DNA of 64,000 nucleotides from Bordetella parapertussis (GTDB taxonomy: Bacteria; Pseudomonadota; Gammaproteobacteria; Burkholderiales; SG8-41). The notes beneath the pieces were generated by a model, which was given only the letters and a program-made list of their open reading frames with translations, searched no databases and was not told where the DNA came from. Below are positions 53,690-64,000 of this stretch, in pieces. Positions within the stretch are counted from its first letter, which is position 1. Every line of letters begins with the position of its first letter. Where the stretch lies: assembly GCA_945906935.1 (NCBI GenBank), contig CAMDSO010000006.1, forward strand, positions 1,498 to 65,497, written 5' to 3'. The translations under genes and the position numbers were made by a program.

Positions 53690-55018
53690 CTATCGCGCCG
53701 GAAAAACGCCGCCGGCCTTGAAGTTCGCTTTTTTAAGCAGGCTCTCGTATTGATGACTCATGATGTAATTCATAACCTGCGAACGAAAATCCATGGTGAC
53801 GACAACAATGATCAAAAGACTAGTGCCGCCAAAATAAAATGGAACCTGTTTCCAAACAATCAAAAACTCCGGTAACAGGCAAACGAGTGTGACGTATACC
53901 GATCCCACCAATGTCAACCGCAACATAATCTTCTCGATGTAACGAGACGTCTGCTCGCCAGGTCGAATACCTGGAACAAATGCACCACTTTTCTTCAGAT
54001 TATCCGCAGTTTCCTTAGGACTAAACATCAACGCCGCGTAAAAGTAACAAAAAAATACGATTGCGGCCGAATACAGCAATACATAAATAGGCTCGCCAGG
54101 GCGCAACGTGTTCGCAATGTCGGCAAGCCAACGCATCTCCTGAGCAGACCCAAACCAACTCCCCAAAGTAGCCGGGAACAAAATAATGCTAGAAGCAAAG
54201 ATGGGGGGAATCACACCCGACATATTCAGTTTCAAGGGCAAATGCGAGGCCTGCCCGCCATAAATCTTCCGCCCGACCTGGCGTTTAGCGTAATTAATCA
54301 AAATACGCCGTTGGCCACTTTCAACAAAACAGACCAACGCTGTTACGCCGACGACCAAAAATGCCACAATAAAAATAAATAATATTGAGAACGCACCGGT
54401 GCGTTGCAGTTCTAGCGTACCCGCCACTGCCTGCGGCAGACCCGCTGCGATACCGCTAAATATGATTAACGAAATCCCATTGCCGAGCCCACGTTCTGTA
54501 ATTTGCTCACCAAGCCACATCAAAAACATTGTTCCTGTTACCAACGTCAGCATGGTAATCAGACGAAACGCCAATCCCGGCTCCAACACAAGTCCGCGTT
54601 GCGACTCAAGCGCAATAGCGATACCCAACCCCTGGAAGCACGCAAGCACCGCTGTACCGTAGCGGGTGTATTGTGTAATCTTGCGCCGCCCAGACTCACC
54701 CTCTTTTTTTAACGCTTCCAACGAAGGTGAGACCACCGTCATTAACTGCATGATGATGGAAGCAGAAATATAAGGCATGATACCCAGCGCAAGAATCGTA
54801 AAGCGCTCCAAGGCACCACCAGAGAACATATTGAACATGTCAAGTATGCCGCCCTTTTGGGACTTGAATAAATCTGCAAGAGCAACAGGATCTATGCCCT
54901 GTACAGGTATATGAGCGCCGACGCGATACACGATCAGTGCTCCAAGCAAAAACAGCAGGCGACGTTTTAAGTCGCCCATCTTGCCTTGCATACTGAACAT
55001 GGAATCCTGAGTTGCCAA
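53690..55018 (-). CDS. secY: preprotein translocase SecY
   Basis: [12 protein letters not shown]; [10 protein letters not shown]; PGIRPG; GGTSLLI; TTG start. Confidence 0.98.
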   Translation of the reverse strand: MATQDSMFSMQGKMGDLKRRLLFLLGALIVYRVGAHIPVQGIDPVALADLFKSQKGGILDMFNMFSGGALERFTILALGIMPYISASIIMQLMTVVSPSLEALKKEGESGRRKITQYTRYGTAVLACFQGLGIAIALESQRGLVLEPGLAFRLITMLTLVTGTMFLMWLGEQITERGLGNGISLIIFSGIAAGLPQAVAGTLELQRTGAFSILFIFIVAFLVVGVTALVCFVESGQRRILINYAKRQVGRKIYGGQASHLPLKLNMSGVIPPIFASSIILFPATLGSWFGSAQEMRWLADIANTLRPGEPIYVLLYSAAIVFFCYFYAALMFSPKETADNLKKSGAFVPGIRPGEQTSRYIEKIMLRLTLVGSVYVTLVCLLPEFLIVWKQVPFYFGGTSLLIIVVVTMDFRSQVMNYIMSHQYESLLKKANFKAGGVFPAR

Positions 55019-55029
55019 CTTAATCAGCC

Positions 55030-55716
55030 CTATTTCGCTTTCTTGCCGCCAGCGCCGTCTTTGGCACCTTTGGATTTCGACGCAGGCTGACCATCCGCTG
55101 ACACCTTAACCTTCTTGACCTTGGGTTTCGCTTCCGCTGTAGCCTCTGCAGCCGCAGCAGTCTTCGCGTTCTCCTCGGCGATAGACGCCGAATTAGTCGC
55201 GGCACGCTCTTCGGCTTTGACTATCGCTGCAACGCGAGCAGCAGCTTTCTTGCCTTTGCCCTTAGGAACTTCGACAGCTGAGGCAACTTCGATCGAACCA
55301 CCGGCGGCCTCAACAGCAGCCCGCGCACCTTTGGAAGCCAGTAAGCCTGATAGCGTAACCTTCCGCTTCAGTTCCCCACACAAAATAACCTTGGCTGTAA
55401 GCGCGTGTATCGAAACGATACCAGCGGCCTTCAGCACCGAAATATCAATTACGTCCTCTTTCAGGCGGTTAAGGTCCCCGCTACGCACCTCGGCAGTATC
55501 ATTGCGCATCTGCGACACAAATCCGCGCTTGGGCAAACGGCGCTGCAACGGCATCTGACCGCCTTCGAAGCCGACCTTGTGGAACCCACCTGCACGCGAA
55601 CTCTGGCCTTTGTGACCACGCCCCGCGGTTTTGCCGAGCCCGCTACCGATACCGCGTCCGACGCGTCGCTTTGCGTGTTTTGCGCCTACAGCAGGCTTGA
55701 GTGTGTTGAGTAACAT
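55030..55716 (-). CDS. rplO: 50S ribosomal protein L15 with long C-terminal extension
   Basis: [13 protein letters not shown]; GFEGGQMPL; core ends near AAGGSIE, then about 85 extra residues. Confidence 0.96.
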   Translation of the reverse strand: MLLNTLKPAVGAKHAKRRVGRGIGSGLGKTAGRGHKGQSSRAGGFHKVGFEGGQMPLQRRLPKRGFVSQMRNDTAEVRSGDLNRLKEDVIDISVLKAAGIVSIHALTAKVILCGELKRKVTLSGLLASKGARAAVEAAGGSIEVASAVEVPKGKGKKAAARVAAIVKAEERAATNSASIAEENAKTAAAAEATAEAKPKVKKVKVSADGQPASKSKGAKDGAGGKKAK

Positions 55717-55914
55717 TTATCCCTCACATTTCACGAGATAGTTAACCCGCTTGATCATACCGCGCGTCTCCGGGGTATCAATCACTTCTACCGTGTGATT
55801 GATACGGCGCAAACCCAAACCCAACATCGTCGCGCGGTGCGAGCGCACCGTCCCGATTATGCTTTTGATCTGCGTTACCTTGACGGTTTTAGCCGCCGAC
55901 TTTTCTTTTGCCAT
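55717..55914 (-). CDS. rpmD: 50S ribosomal protein L30
   Basis: KSIIG; GLGLRRIN; RGMI. Confidence 0.96.
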   Translation of the reverse strand: MAKEKSAAKTVKVTQIKSIIGTVRSHRATMLGLGLRRINHTVEVIDTPETRGMIKRVNYLVKCEG

Positions 55915-55916
55915 GA

Positions 55917-56441
55917 TTACCCCGTGACCTCTTCGACCGTCTTGCCGCGTTTTGCAGCGACATCAGCTGGAGAGTTCATTGCTTGCAAACCATTAAGTGT
56001 CGCCCGAACCACGTTATAGGGGTTCGTTGAGCCGATAATTTTCGCCAAGACGTTGGTCACACCCAACACCTCAAACACTGCCCTCATTGGTCCGCCAGCA
56101 ATAATTCCGGTTCCGTCCGATGCTGGCTGCATGTAAACACGGGCAGCGCCATGGCGACCGACTACAGCGTGTTGCAACGTCCCACCTTTAAGACTGATTT
56201 TTACCAACTTGCGCCGCGCTTCGTCCATGGCCTTTTGAACAGACACAGGGACTTCTCGCGCCTTGCCCTTACCCATACCAACACGGCCATCACCGTCGCC
56301 AACCACGACCAGCGCCGCGAAACCCATCACGCGACCGCCCTTGACGACCTTAGTAACACGATTGATTGCGACCATTTTTTCGCGCAGTCCGTCCGTGCGT
56401 TGCTCGCCGGTCGACATCTTGTTTGCCTGGAGTTTGCCCAT
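55917..56441 (-). CDS. rpsE: 30S ribosomal protein S5
   Basis: [11 protein letters not shown]; GTGIIAGG. Confidence 0.98.
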   Translation of the reverse strand: MGKLQANKMSTGEQRTDGLREKMVAINRVTKVVKGGRVMGFAALVVVGDGDGRVGMGKGKAREVPVSVQKAMDEARRKLVKISLKGGTLQHAVVGRHGAARVYMQPASDGTGIIAGGPMRAVFEVLGVTNVLAKIIGSTNPYNVVRATLNGLQAMNSPADVAAKRGKTVEEVTG

Positions 56442-56453
56442 TTCTCGCCCTAA

Positions 56454-56810
56454 CTAAAACTTAAGACCGTTTTCACGCGCGGCGTCTGCAAGTGCCTTGA
56501 CGCGACCGTGATAACGATAGCCGCTGCGATCAAATGCAACCGCTTCGACACCCGCTTGTTTTGCTTTTTCCGCTATCCGCTTACCAATCAAAATAGCAGC
56601 GGCAACATTACCGCCGTTCTTCACACTGGCGCGCACCTCAGGTTCAACGGTAGACGCACAAGCAAGAACCTTTGAACCAGTTGCGTCAATGACCTGCGCG
56701 TAGATATGGCCATTGGAACGATGTACGGTCAAACGGACTGCTTGCACATTTTTTATAACGTGACGCGTGCGCTTGGAGCGCCGGACGCGTGCTAGATTCT
56801 TGTCTTTCAT
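56454..56810 (-). CDS. rplR: 50S ribosomal protein L18
   Basis: HIYAQ; [12 protein letters not shown]. Confidence 0.98.
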   Translation of the reverse strand: MKDKNLARVRRSKRTRHVIKNVQAVRLTVHRSNGHIYAQVIDATGSKVLACASTVEPEVRASVKNGGNVAAAILIGKRIAEKAKQAGVEAVAFDRSGYRYHGRVKALADAARENGLKF

Positions 56811-56818
56811 GGCAGCCT

Positions 56819-57352
56819 CTATTTCTTCTTGGTCTCTTTAAGCACCACAGTCTCGTCCGAGTACCGCACGCCCTTACCCTTGTAAGGCTCAGGACTACGA
56901 TAGGCACGCACTTCCGCAGCGATCTGACCGACAACCTGCTTGTCGATCCCTTTGATCAAAATTTCAGTCTGGGTCGGCGTCTCAACCTTAATGCCCTCAG
57001 GCATAGGATGAACTACAGGGTGCGAAAAGCCCAACGTCAAATTCAACTTATCGCCTTGGGCCTGAGCGCGGTAGCCAACGCCGACAAGAAGCAGTTTCCG
57101 CTCAAACCCCTTGGTTACGCCGTGCACCATATTCGCAAGCAATGCCCTAGTAGTGCCAGACATCGCGTCGGCCGCGTGCGAATTGCCAACGGGCGCAACG
57201 CGCAACTCCTGCTCTACCCTATCCACAGTCACGTGGGCAGATAGTGTGCGCTTGAGTACGCCGAGCGGCCCTTTTATTGAAATCTCACTATTACCAAGAT
57301 TGACCTCCACATTAGCTGGAAGCTCAACAGGCGCTTTACCTATTCTAGACAT
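56819..57352 (-). CDS. rplF: 50S ribosomal protein L6
   Basis: MSRIGK; GVGYRA; PEPYKGKG. Confidence 0.98.
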   Translation of the reverse strand: MSRIGKAPVELPANVEVNLGNSEISIKGPLGVLKRTLSAHVTVDRVEQELRVAPVGNSHAADAMSGTTRALLANMVHGVTKGFERKLLLVGVGYRAQAQGDKLNLTLGFSHPVVHPMPEGIKVETPTQTEILIKGIDKQVVGQIAAEVRAYRSPEPYKGKGVRYSDETVVLKETKKK

Positions 57353-57377
57353 CGCAATTCCTCGTTTGCCGCTTCAA

Positions 57378-57773
57378 CTATGCGACGATACACAGCACTT
57401 CGCCACCGATACCGAGACCGCGCGCTTTGCGGTCGGTCATCACACCTTTTGAGGTGGAAACGATAGCGACACCGAGACCATTCATGACCTTCGGGATGCT
57501 ATCGCTCTGCCTATAGATGCGCAGCCCCGGACGACTCACACGTTCAATTTTTTCGATGACAGGGCGCCCGGCGTAATACTTGAGGGCCACCTCAAGCGTC
57601 GGCTTGCCGTCCCCCGCAGTCAACGCAAAGTCGTCGATATAGCCCTCGTCCTTTAAGACTTTGGCAATCGCTGCTTTCACCTTGCTAGCAGGCATAGCTA
57701 CAGAATTTTTTTCCGACATCTGCGCATTACGAATGCGCGTCAACATATCGGCAATAGGATCACTCATGCTCAT
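57378..57773 (-). CDS. rpsH: 30S ribosomal protein S8
   Basis: [12 protein letters not shown]; SRPGLRIY. Confidence 0.98.
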   Translation of the reverse strand: MSMSDPIADMLTRIRNAQMSEKNSVAMPASKVKAAIAKVLKDEGYIDDFALTAGDGKPTLEVALKYYAGRPVIEKIERVSRPGLRIYRQSDSIPKVMNGLGVAIVSTSKGVMTDRKARGLGIGGEVLCIVA

Positions 57774-57794
57774 GTTCTTGGCCTTTCTTGCGAC

Positions 57795-58100
57795 TTACCA
57801 GCTCGCCTTGATCACGCCTGGGATTTCCCCACGCATGGCGGTTTCGCGCAGCTTCGTGCGACCGAGGCCGAACTTTCGATAGACACCACGCGGACGACCC
57901 GTTATTGCACAACGGTTGCGTAAACGCACGGGACTGGCATTTCGCGGCAACTTTTGCAACTTTAACCGCGCCTCGTATCGTTCTTCGGGGCTCAGCTTCT
58001 GATCATTGATCAGAGCCATCAATTCCGAGCGTTTAGTGGCGAATTTCTTCACCGTTTCGCGTCGATTTTGATCGCGTAGCTTCAAAACGAGTTTAGACAT
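57795..58100 (-). CDS. rpsN: 30S ribosomal protein S14 (101-aa, non-zinc type)
   Basis: [12 protein letters not shown]; PGVIKASW. Confidence 0.98.
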   Translation of the reverse strand: MSKLVLKLRDQNRRETVKKFATKRSELMALINDQKLSPEERYEARLKLQKLPRNASPVRLRNRCAITGRPRGVYRKFGLGRTKLRETAMRGEIPGVIKASW

Positions 58101-58102
58101 GA

Positions 58103-58678
58103 TCAGTTCCTGAACGGAAATTTGAACGCCGCCAACAACGCTTTTCCTTCGTCGTCGCTTTTGGCGCTGGTGGTAATAGTTATATTCATACCTCGTAGGG
58201 CGTCAATTTTGTCGTACTCAATTTCAGGAAAAATAATCTGTTCCTTGATACCAAAATTGAAGTTACCACGACCATCAAAGGACTTCGATGAAATCCCCCG
58301 AAAATCACGGATGCGGGGGATCGCAACCGTAACCAACCGGTCAAGAAACTCATACATCCTGACCCCACGAAGCGTAACTTTGCATCCAATTGGATAATTG
58401 TCACGAATCTTAAAGGTTGCAATCGATTTACGAGACTTCGTTACCAGAGGCTTCTGTCCGGCAATCTTATTCATATCCGCAACAGCGTTATCGAGGATTT
58501 TCTTATCCGCAACCGCCTCACCCACCCCCATATTGAGGGTGATTTTCTCTATACGCGGCACCTGCATCACGGATTTATAACCAAATTGCACCGTCAGCGC
58601 GGCCACAACGGTTTCGCGGTAATGTTTGTGTAGCCGGGCATTGCCAGCCGGGCTTGCAGCCTTTGCCGAGGATGTCAT
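58103..58678 (-). CDS. rplE: 50S ribosomal protein L5
   Basis: KITLNMGVG; PRIRDFRG; IFPEI. Confidence 0.98.
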   Translation of the reverse strand: MTSSAKAASPAGNARLHKHYRETVVAALTVQFGYKSVMQVPRIEKITLNMGVGEAVADKKILDNAVADMNKIAGQKPLVTKSRKSIATFKIRDNYPIGCKVTLRGVRMYEFLDRLVTVAIPRIRDFRGISSKSFDGRGNFNFGIKEQIIFPEIEYDKIDALRGMNITITTSAKSDDEGKALLAAFKFPFRN

Positions 58679-58992
58679 GCGTCAATCACTTCGCCGTTTG
58701 ATTTAAAGAAACGCACGCGACGTCCGTCTTCTAACACCTTTATACCAACCCTATCAGCTTTCTTGGTGGCAGGATTAAAGATGGCAACATTGGACACGTG
58801 CAATGGCATGTCTTTTTCGACAATACCGCCCTGTTGGTTTTTTTGCGGGTTCGGACGCTGATGCTTCTTAACGCGATTTATGCCATCGACCAGAACATGC
58901 CCTGCATCGACAACTCGCGCAACAGCACCGCGCTTGCCCTTGTCTTTACCGGTGATGACGATTACGTCATCACCTTTTTTAATCTTACGCAT
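58675..58992 (-). CDS. rplX: 50S ribosomal protein L24
   Basis: [16 protein letters not shown]; HVSNV. Confidence 0.98.
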   Translation of the reverse strand: MRKIKKGDDVIVITGKDKGKRGAVARVVDAGHVLVDGINRVKKHQRPNPQKNQQGGIVEKDMPLHVSNVAIFNPATKKADRVGIKVLEDGRRVRFFKSNGEVIDA

Positions 58993-59019
58993 TCGAATAA
59001 CCTCGTTAGTTCTTAGCGC

Positions 59020-59388
59020 TTACAACACTTCCGGCGCGAGCGAGACGATCTTCATGAAACGCTCTGTCCTCAGCTCCCGAGTCACCGGCCCGAAGATACG
59101 CGTCCCAATTGGCTCGAGTTTTTGCGTCAACAACACAGCCGCATTACCATCGAACTTAATCACCGAGCCGTCAGCACGGCGAATACCTTTTGCCGTCCGC
59201 ACAACGACCGCGTTATACACTTCACCTTTTTTGACTCGACCACGCGGGGCCGCGTCTTTGATGCTGACCTTGATGACGTCACCTATTCCTGCGTAGCGAC
59301 GCTTTGATCCGCCAAGCACTTTTATGCACATCACCGCACGCGCACCAGTGTTGTCAGCAACATCCAAAACGGATTGCATCTGTATCAT
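59020..59388 (-). CDS. rplN: 50S ribosomal protein L14
   Basis: VADNTGA; GTRIFGPV; SLAPEVL. Confidence 0.98.
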   Translation of the reverse strand: MIQMQSVLDVADNTGARAVMCIKVLGGSKRRYAGIGDVIKVSIKDAAPRGRVKKGEVYNAVVVRTAKGIRRADGSVIKFDGNAAVLLTQKLEPIGTRIFGPVTRELRTERFMKIVSLAPEVL

Positions 59389-59516
59389 TTTGCTCTCGCT
59401 TTAAAGCTGCACTTACTTCCAACTTGACCCGCTTTTCCTGCGGTCAGTCTTGGAACCCGTGGTTGGGTCTAGGTTGTTCCATAGTGGTTTTTGATGCCCA
59501 CCTGAGGAAGCGCGCG

Positions 59517-59544
59517 ATTATAAACTGATTCGCCGCCTTGTCTA
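59517..59544 (-). promoter_or_regulatory. sigma70 promoter of the spc operon
   Basis: TAGACA-16 nt-TATAAT upstream of rplN. Confidence 0.7.
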
Positions 59545-59573
59545 GAACTTTTTAGAACTTATTGCAAACGCAC

Positions 59574-59612
59574 CAAATTCGGACCCGATAAAACCGAACG
59601 GGTCCGAATTTG
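59574..59612 (-). terminator. 14-bp stem hairpin after rpsQ (end of S10 operon)
   Basis: CAAATTCGGACCCG / CGGGTCCGAATTTG inverted repeat; U-tail weak. Confidence 0.55.
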
Positions 59613-59613
59613 A

Positions 59614-59880
59614 TTAAATTACCCGCGCCTTTTCAACCAAGACAGCGACGCGCCAGGCTTTCGTCTTCGATATCGGACGACACTCTTCGATGGTCACAAC
59701 ATCCCCCATCTTGCATTCGCCGTTCTCGTCGTGGGCATGGTATTTCTGTGACCGAGTCATGATCTTTCCATATAGCGCGTGCTTCACACGGCGTTCGACC
59801 AGAACAGTTACTGTTTTGTTCATCTTGTCGCTGACAATACGACCAGTCAGCGTACGCTTGTTGGCTGTAGTTTCAGTCAT
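59614..59880 (-). CDS. rpsQ: 30S ribosomal protein S17
   Basis: [11 protein letters not shown]; ECRPISKTK. Confidence 0.98.
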   Translation of the reverse strand: MTETTANKRTLTGRIVSDKMNKTVTVLVERRVKHALYGKIMTRSQKYHAHDENGECKMGDVVTIEECRPISKTKAWRVAVLVEKARVI

Positions 59881-60071
59881 GACTGGCGCACCTTTTCATT
59901 TAACAGTGTGCGCACACGGGCGATATCACGGCGCACTTTCCTGATCTGACTGGTGTTGGTCAATTGCTGGGTAGCAACCTGCATGCGCAGACTAAATTGA
60001 GCCTTCAGCAGTTCATTTAATTCCTGCTGTAATTCAGCAGGGTTTTTTTCTCTCAGTTCGCTCGCTTTCAC
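59877..60071 (-). CDS. rpmC: 50S ribosomal protein L29
   Basis: KASELR; RRDIARVRT. Confidence 0.97.
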   Translation of the reverse strand: MKASELREKNPAELQQELNELLKAQFSLRMQVATQQLTNTSQIRKVRRDIARVRTLLNEKVRQS

Positions 60072-60074
60072 AGC

Positions 60075-60491
60075 TTAGCCCCCTACCAACCGGTGAACAA
60101 AAGTCGTACGCAAAGGCAGTTTCGCCGACGCAAGCCTGAACGCCTCACGCGCATCTGCTTCCGCGACGCCATCCATCTCATAGAGGACTTTGCCCGGAAC
60201 AATTTCCGCAACCCAGTATTCGGGGTTACCTTTACCGTTACCCATACGTACCTCAGCAGGCTTTTGGGAAATCGGTTTGTCCGGGAATATTCGGATCCAT
60301 ATTCGGCCACCCCGCTTAATATGACGAGTCATTGCGCGACGTGCCGCCTCGATTTGACGTGCGGTCAATCTGCCGCGCGTAATCGCTTTAAGGCCAAATT
60401 CGCCAAAACTCACTTTATTACCGCGAGTAGCGACGCCTTTATTGCGCCCTTTTTGTTCCTTTCGGTATTTCCTTCTAGCTGGCTGCAGCAT
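60075..60491 (-). CDS. rplP: 50S ribosomal protein L16
   Basis: [11 protein letters not shown]; RMGNGKG. Confidence 0.98.
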   Translation of the reverse strand: MLQPARRKYRKEQKGRNKGVATRGNKVSFGEFGLKAITRGRLTARQIEAARRAMTRHIKRGGRIWIRIFPDKPISQKPAEVRMGNGKGNPEYWVAEIVPGKVLYEMDGVAEADAREAFRLASAKLPLRTTFVHRLVGG

Positions 60492-61236
60492 TTTTCGCTC
60501 CTGACGTCCTTCTCTTGCGCGGCACGGCCTTCGGCGGCAGCTTCGGCGCATCTGGTGACGGCATAGAATCAGCGGCTGCCGACGGTGCTGCCACCATTTG
60601 TTCGTGCTTGGTCAATATTTCACCCTTGAAAACCCACACCTTGATGCCGATAATGCCGTAGGTTGTCTTGGCTTCTGAGGTGCCATAGTCGATATCTGCA
60701 CGCAGGGTATGCAATGGTACGCGTCCCTCGCGATACCATTCGGTACGGGCGATTTCAATCCCGTTCAAACGACCCGCGCTCATGATCTTGATACCTTGGG
60801 CGCCTAGGCGCATCGCGTTGGTAATCGCGCGCTTCATCGCCCGGCGGAACATGATCCGCTTTTGAAGTTGCTGGGCAATAGAATCCGCAATCAGTTGCGC
60901 ATCAAGTTCTGGTTTGCGAACCTCTTCGATATTGATGTGCACCGGCACATGCAGGAGTTTCTGTAACTGCGCCTTAAGTGACTCGATATCTTCGCCTTTT
61001 TTGCCGATAACGATACCGGGGCGGGCACTGAAAATGGTGATCTTCGCGTTCTTGGCAGGCCGCTCAATAATGATGCGACTCACCGCGGCATGTGCAAGCT
61101 TCTGCTTGAGAAACTCGCGAACCTTGATGTCCTCCTGCAACATCCCAGGAAACGCCTTGCTATTCGCATACCACTTCGAAGACCAATTCCGTAGCACTGA
61201 AAGTCGGAAACCGATTGGATGTATTTTTTGACCCAT
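60475..61236 (-). CDS. rpsC: 30S ribosomal protein S3
   Basis: MGQKIHP; [13 protein letters not shown]. Confidence 0.98.
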   Translation of the reverse strand: MGQKIHPIGFRLSVLRNWSSKWYANSKAFPGMLQEDIKVREFLKQKLAHAAVSRIIIERPAKNAKITIFSARPGIVIGKKGEDIESLKAQLQKLLHVPVHINIEEVRKPELDAQLIADSIAQQLQKRIMFRRAMKRAITNAMRLGAQGIKIMSAGRLNGIEIARTEWYREGRVPLHTLRADIDYGTSEAKTTYGIIGIKVWVFKGEILTKHEQMVAAPSAAADSMPSPDAPKLPPKAVPRKRRTSGAKNAAAS

Positions 61237-61238
61237 AT

Positions 61239-61577
61239 TTATTTCCTTCCGTCGCCGACGGCGAGGTAAATGTGGCAACTATGCTTGAGCACGCGCACAC
61301 CACGCCCTTTGGCTCGGGCATGAAAGCGTTTTAACACAGGGCCCTTTTCCACGTAAATGCTCACCACCTTGAGTTCGTCAATATCAGCGCCATCATTATG
61401 TTCGGCATTAGCGATTGCCGATTCAAGGACCTTACGTATGATGGTGGCGCCTTTTTTCGGACTGAACGCTAAAATGTTCAGCGCCTTGTCGACCGCCAAG
61501 CCGCGAATCTGGTCTGCGACCAGACGTCCTTTTTGCGCAGAAAGACGAACGCCGCTCAATTTTGCAGATGTTTCCAT
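61239..61577 (-). CDS. rplV: 50S ribosomal protein L22
   Basis: SAQKGRLV; SAIANAE; RAKGR. Confidence 0.98.
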   Translation of the reverse strand: METSAKLSGVRLSAQKGRLVADQIRGLAVDKALNILAFSPKKGATIIRKVLESAIANAEHNDGADIDELKVVSIYVEKGPVLKRFHARAKGRGVRVLKHSCHIYLAVGDGRK

Positions 61578-61588
61578 ATTGGCTTCCG

Positions 61589-61900
61589 TTATTTCTTAGG
61601 ACCGGCAGCCGCCGAGCCTGTGCTTGATTTCTTATCACCGCCGGCTTTCGAATGCCCCTTGAAAGTGCGGGTGTGCGAAAACTCGCCGAGTTTATGACCA
61701 ACCATGTTCTCGGATACATAAACGGGGATATGTTGCCGCCCGTTATGCACAGCGATGGTCAAGCCCACAAAATCTGGGAGGACGGTTGAACGACGCGACC
61801 ACGTTTTGATCGGGCGCTTGTCATTTGACGCGCGTGCCGCCTCTACCTTTGCAATCAGGTGATAGTCGACAAACGGGCCTTTTTTAACTGAACGTGCCAT
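61589..61900 (-). CDS. rpsS: 30S ribosomal protein S19
   Basis: RSVKKGPF; KTWSRRS; GHKLGEF. Confidence 0.98.
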   Translation of the reverse strand: MARSVKKGPFVDYHLIAKVEAARASNDKRPIKTWSRRSTVLPDFVGLTIAVHNGRQHIPVYVSENMVGHKLGEFSHTRTFKGHSKAGGDKKSSTGSAAAGPKK

Positions 61901-61914
61901 ATTTATATACCTCG

Positions 61915-62751
61915 CTATGCGCTGGTCTTGGCGTGACGGCGGCGCACGATCATGCCATTGGTGCGCTTGTTATTGCGCGTGCGGTAGCCCTTGGTCAAAG
62001 TGCCCCAAGGACTGACAGGGTGACGACCCGCGGCGGTCTTACCCTCACCACCACCATGCGGGTGATCGATCGGGTTCATTGCAACACCACGCACAGTCGG
62101 ACGGATACCGCGCCAACGTTGCGCACCCGCCTTGCCGATTGAACGTAAACTGTTCTCTTCGTTACCCACTTCGCCGATGGTGGCACGACAATTAACGTGC
62201 ACCTTGCGAATTTCACCAGAACGCAAGCGCAGCTGCGCGTAATCACCTTCCCGCGCCAACAGCTGCGCAGAAGAGCCGGCTGCACGCGCCAACTGAGCAC
62301 CTTTGCCTGGCATCATTTCGATGCAATGTATGGTTGTGCCAACTGGTATGTTGCGCAGTGGCAGCGTGTTGCCCGCCTTGATTGGCGATTCGGCGCCATT
62401 CTGTAATTGCATACCTACGACCAAGCCTTTGGGCGACACGATATAACGGCGCTCGCCATCGGCGTAACACAGCAAGGCAATATTCGCACTGCGGTTCGGA
62501 TCATGCTCAATGCGCTCAACCTTAGCAAGAATTCCATCCTTGTTGCGACGAAAGTCGATGACACGATAGTTCTTCTTGTGTCCGCCGCCCTGATGCCGTG
62601 TGGTTATACGTCCAAGGTTATTACGTCCGGCCTTACGATTTTTACTTTCGACCAGCGCTGCGTGCGGGCGCCCCTTGTATAGATCAGGGTTGACTACCTT
62701 GACCACCGCGCGGCGACCAGGAGAAGTCGGTTTGACTTTGATAAGTGCCAT
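61915..62751 (-). CDS. rplB: 50S ribosomal protein L2
   Basis: [11 protein letters not shown]; [15 protein letters not shown]. Confidence 0.98.
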   Translation of the reverse strand: MALIKVKPTSPGRRAVVKVVNPDLYKGRPHAALVESKNRKAGRNNLGRITTRHQGGGHKKNYRVIDFRRNKDGILAKVERIEHDPNRSANIALLCYADGERRYIVSPKGLVVGMQLQNGAESPIKAGNTLPLRNIPVGTTIHCIEMMPGKGAQLARAAGSSAQLLAREGDYAQLRLRSGEIRKVHVNCRATIGEVGNEENSLRSIGKAGAQRWRGIRPTVRGVAMNPIDHPHGGGEGKTAAGRHPVSPWGTLTKGYRTRNNKRTNGMIVRRRHAKTSA

Positions 62752-63089
62752 TACTTAGCCTCCCCTGCCAAGAAATTAATCTCTTGCCCCGTCTTCAGGC
62801 GAACATACGCTTTTTTCCAGTCCTTACGACGGCCCATGAAACGACCAAATCGTTTTTCCTTACCGAGAACATTGGAAACCTGGACGGAAACGACTTCGAT
62901 CTTCTTCTCTTTGGTGCTGAACATCAGCTCAACTGCGGCTTTGATTTCAGGCTTGGTGGCATCGGTAACTACACGGAACAAATACTGGTTATTCTTTTCG
63001 CCAACAAATGTGCCCTTTTCGGACACTACGGGCGCGAGCAGAACTTTCATCAACCGCTCAGTATTGCGGATCACGATTGCGGCGGTCAT
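62751..63089 (-). CDS. rplW: 50S ribosomal protein L23
   Basis: PVVSEK; ATKPEIK; WKKAYV. Confidence 0.97.
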   Translation of the reverse strand: MTAAIVIRNTERLMKVLLAPVVSEKGTFVGEKNNQYLFRVVTDATKPEIKAAVELMFSTKEKKIEVVSVQVSNVLGKEKRFGRFMGRRKDWKKAYVRLKTGQEINFLAGEAK

Positions 63090-63706
63090 TTAAGGAGCTC
63101 CTCGAATTTCGCCACAGCCTTCTTGGTCAGTAGAACATTCGCATGGCGGATCAGACTAATCGGATCAGCATGCGAGGCAGTAACGACATTGACATTTGGC
63201 AGGTTACGCGACGAAAGCTCGAGATTCTCATCTACGGCGTCCGTTACAATTAAAACCTGTTCAAAACCCATACTTTTTATTTTCTGAGCAAGCAACTTGG
63301 TCTTCGGTGCATCGATGTTCAGCTGATCAACGACCGTAAGCCGCCCTTCCCGCGCAAGTTGCGAGAGAATCGAACAGACACCGGCGCGATACATTTTCTT
63401 GTTTAGCTTGTGCGAAAAATTTTCGTCAGGCCGGTTCGGGAAAATCTTACCGCCTCCACGCCACAACGGGCTTGAAGTCATACCAGCACGGGCGCGACCA
63501 GTACCCTTTTGCTTGAAAGGCTTTTTGGTAGAGTGTTTTACTTCACCACGGTCCTTCTGAGCACGCGTACCGCGGCGGCCATTAGCCATATACGCAGTAA
63601 CGACCTGGTGAATCAACGCTTCGTTGTATTCGCGGCCGAACACTTCGTCAGTCGCAGCGACGTTAGCGCCCGCCTGCCCGGCCTGATCTATTAATTTGAG
63701 TTCCAT
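63086..63706 (-). CDS. rplD: 50S ribosomal protein L4
   Basis: KQKGTGRAR; SPLWRGGG. Confidence 0.98.
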   Translation of the reverse strand: MELKLIDQAGQAGANVAATDEVFGREYNEALIHQVVTAYMANGRRGTRAQKDRGEVKHSTKKPFKQKGTGRARAGMTSSPLWRGGGKIFPNRPDENFSHKLNKKMYRAGVCSILSQLAREGRLTVVDQLNIDAPKTKLLAQKIKSMGFEQVLIVTDAVDENLELSSRNLPNVNVVTASHADPISLIRHANVLLTKKAVAKFEELLK

Positions 63707-64000
63707 TATTTACCCGCCTTGGCCGGGGCCAGCTTCGCAGCAGGCTTGCCGACCTTTGTTGCCTTGACTGCGGGATAAACGGTGACATCCCCGTTTTTCG
63801 CTCCGGGTATCGCTCCACGCACCAACAGCAATTGTCTCTCCGCATCGATACGAACAATCACCAGATTTTGCGTCGTGCGGTTTACGTCCCCGAGATGGCC
63901 AGTCATTTTCTTTCCGGGAAATACGCGCCCGGGATCCTGCGCCATACCGATCGAACCTGGCGTGTTGTGTGAACGCGAGTTACCGTGCGTCGCACGGTTG
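63706..64000 (-). CDS. rplC: 50S ribosomal protein L3 (5' truncated by window edge)
   Basis: HGNSRSHN; [10 protein letters not shown]; GAIPG. Confidence 0.97.
   Translation of the reverse strand, partial: NRATHGNSRSHNTPGSIGMAQDPGRVFPGKKMTGHLGDVNRTTQNLVIVRIDAERQLLLVRGAIPGAKNGDVTVYPAVKATKVGKPAAKLAPAKAGK

Noticed and set aside
60475-60600. S3 tail overlapping the rplP start by 17 bp, a possible frameshift
   Set aside because: Long variable S3 tails are common in betaproteobacteria, and the frame is open with a sensible stop

Overview
A GC-rich betaproteobacterial chromosome segment, inferred from the many Bug/TctC solute-binding proteins, the secY-infA-rpmJ order and the aspS-DUF502-FmdB synteny. 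1-30 kb is mostly housekeeping, envelope and transport genes: a czcCBA-type RND efflux operon whose czcA has a 1-nt frameshift, a divergent OmpR-family two-component system, clsB-ybhP, nadA, nudB, an RNase/barstar pair, aspS, ssb, uvrA and glycerate kinase. 30.1-33.2 kb holds a decayed type I-C CRISPR-Cas locus that the ORF track only partly shows. It consists of a 3' fragment of cas7, broken cas4, cas1 and cas2, a leader, and a mini-array of one 37-nt repeat, one 36-nt spacer and one eroded repeat. An antisense addiction module (intact antitoxin, ParE/RelE toxin with two nonsense codons) sits between cas7 and cas4, and a four-hairpin candidate sRNA abuts the cas7 breakpoint. 33-50 kb is a catabolic/transport region (Bug proteins, IorAB-like molybdoenzyme, MmgE/PrpD, fumarylacetoacetase, MBL hydrolase, enolase-superfamily enzyme). 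50-64 kb is the S10-spc-alpha ribosomal protein cluster, with an unusually long uL15. All calls come from reading the sequence by eye; no database searches were run. No tRNA or rRNA genes were recognised.
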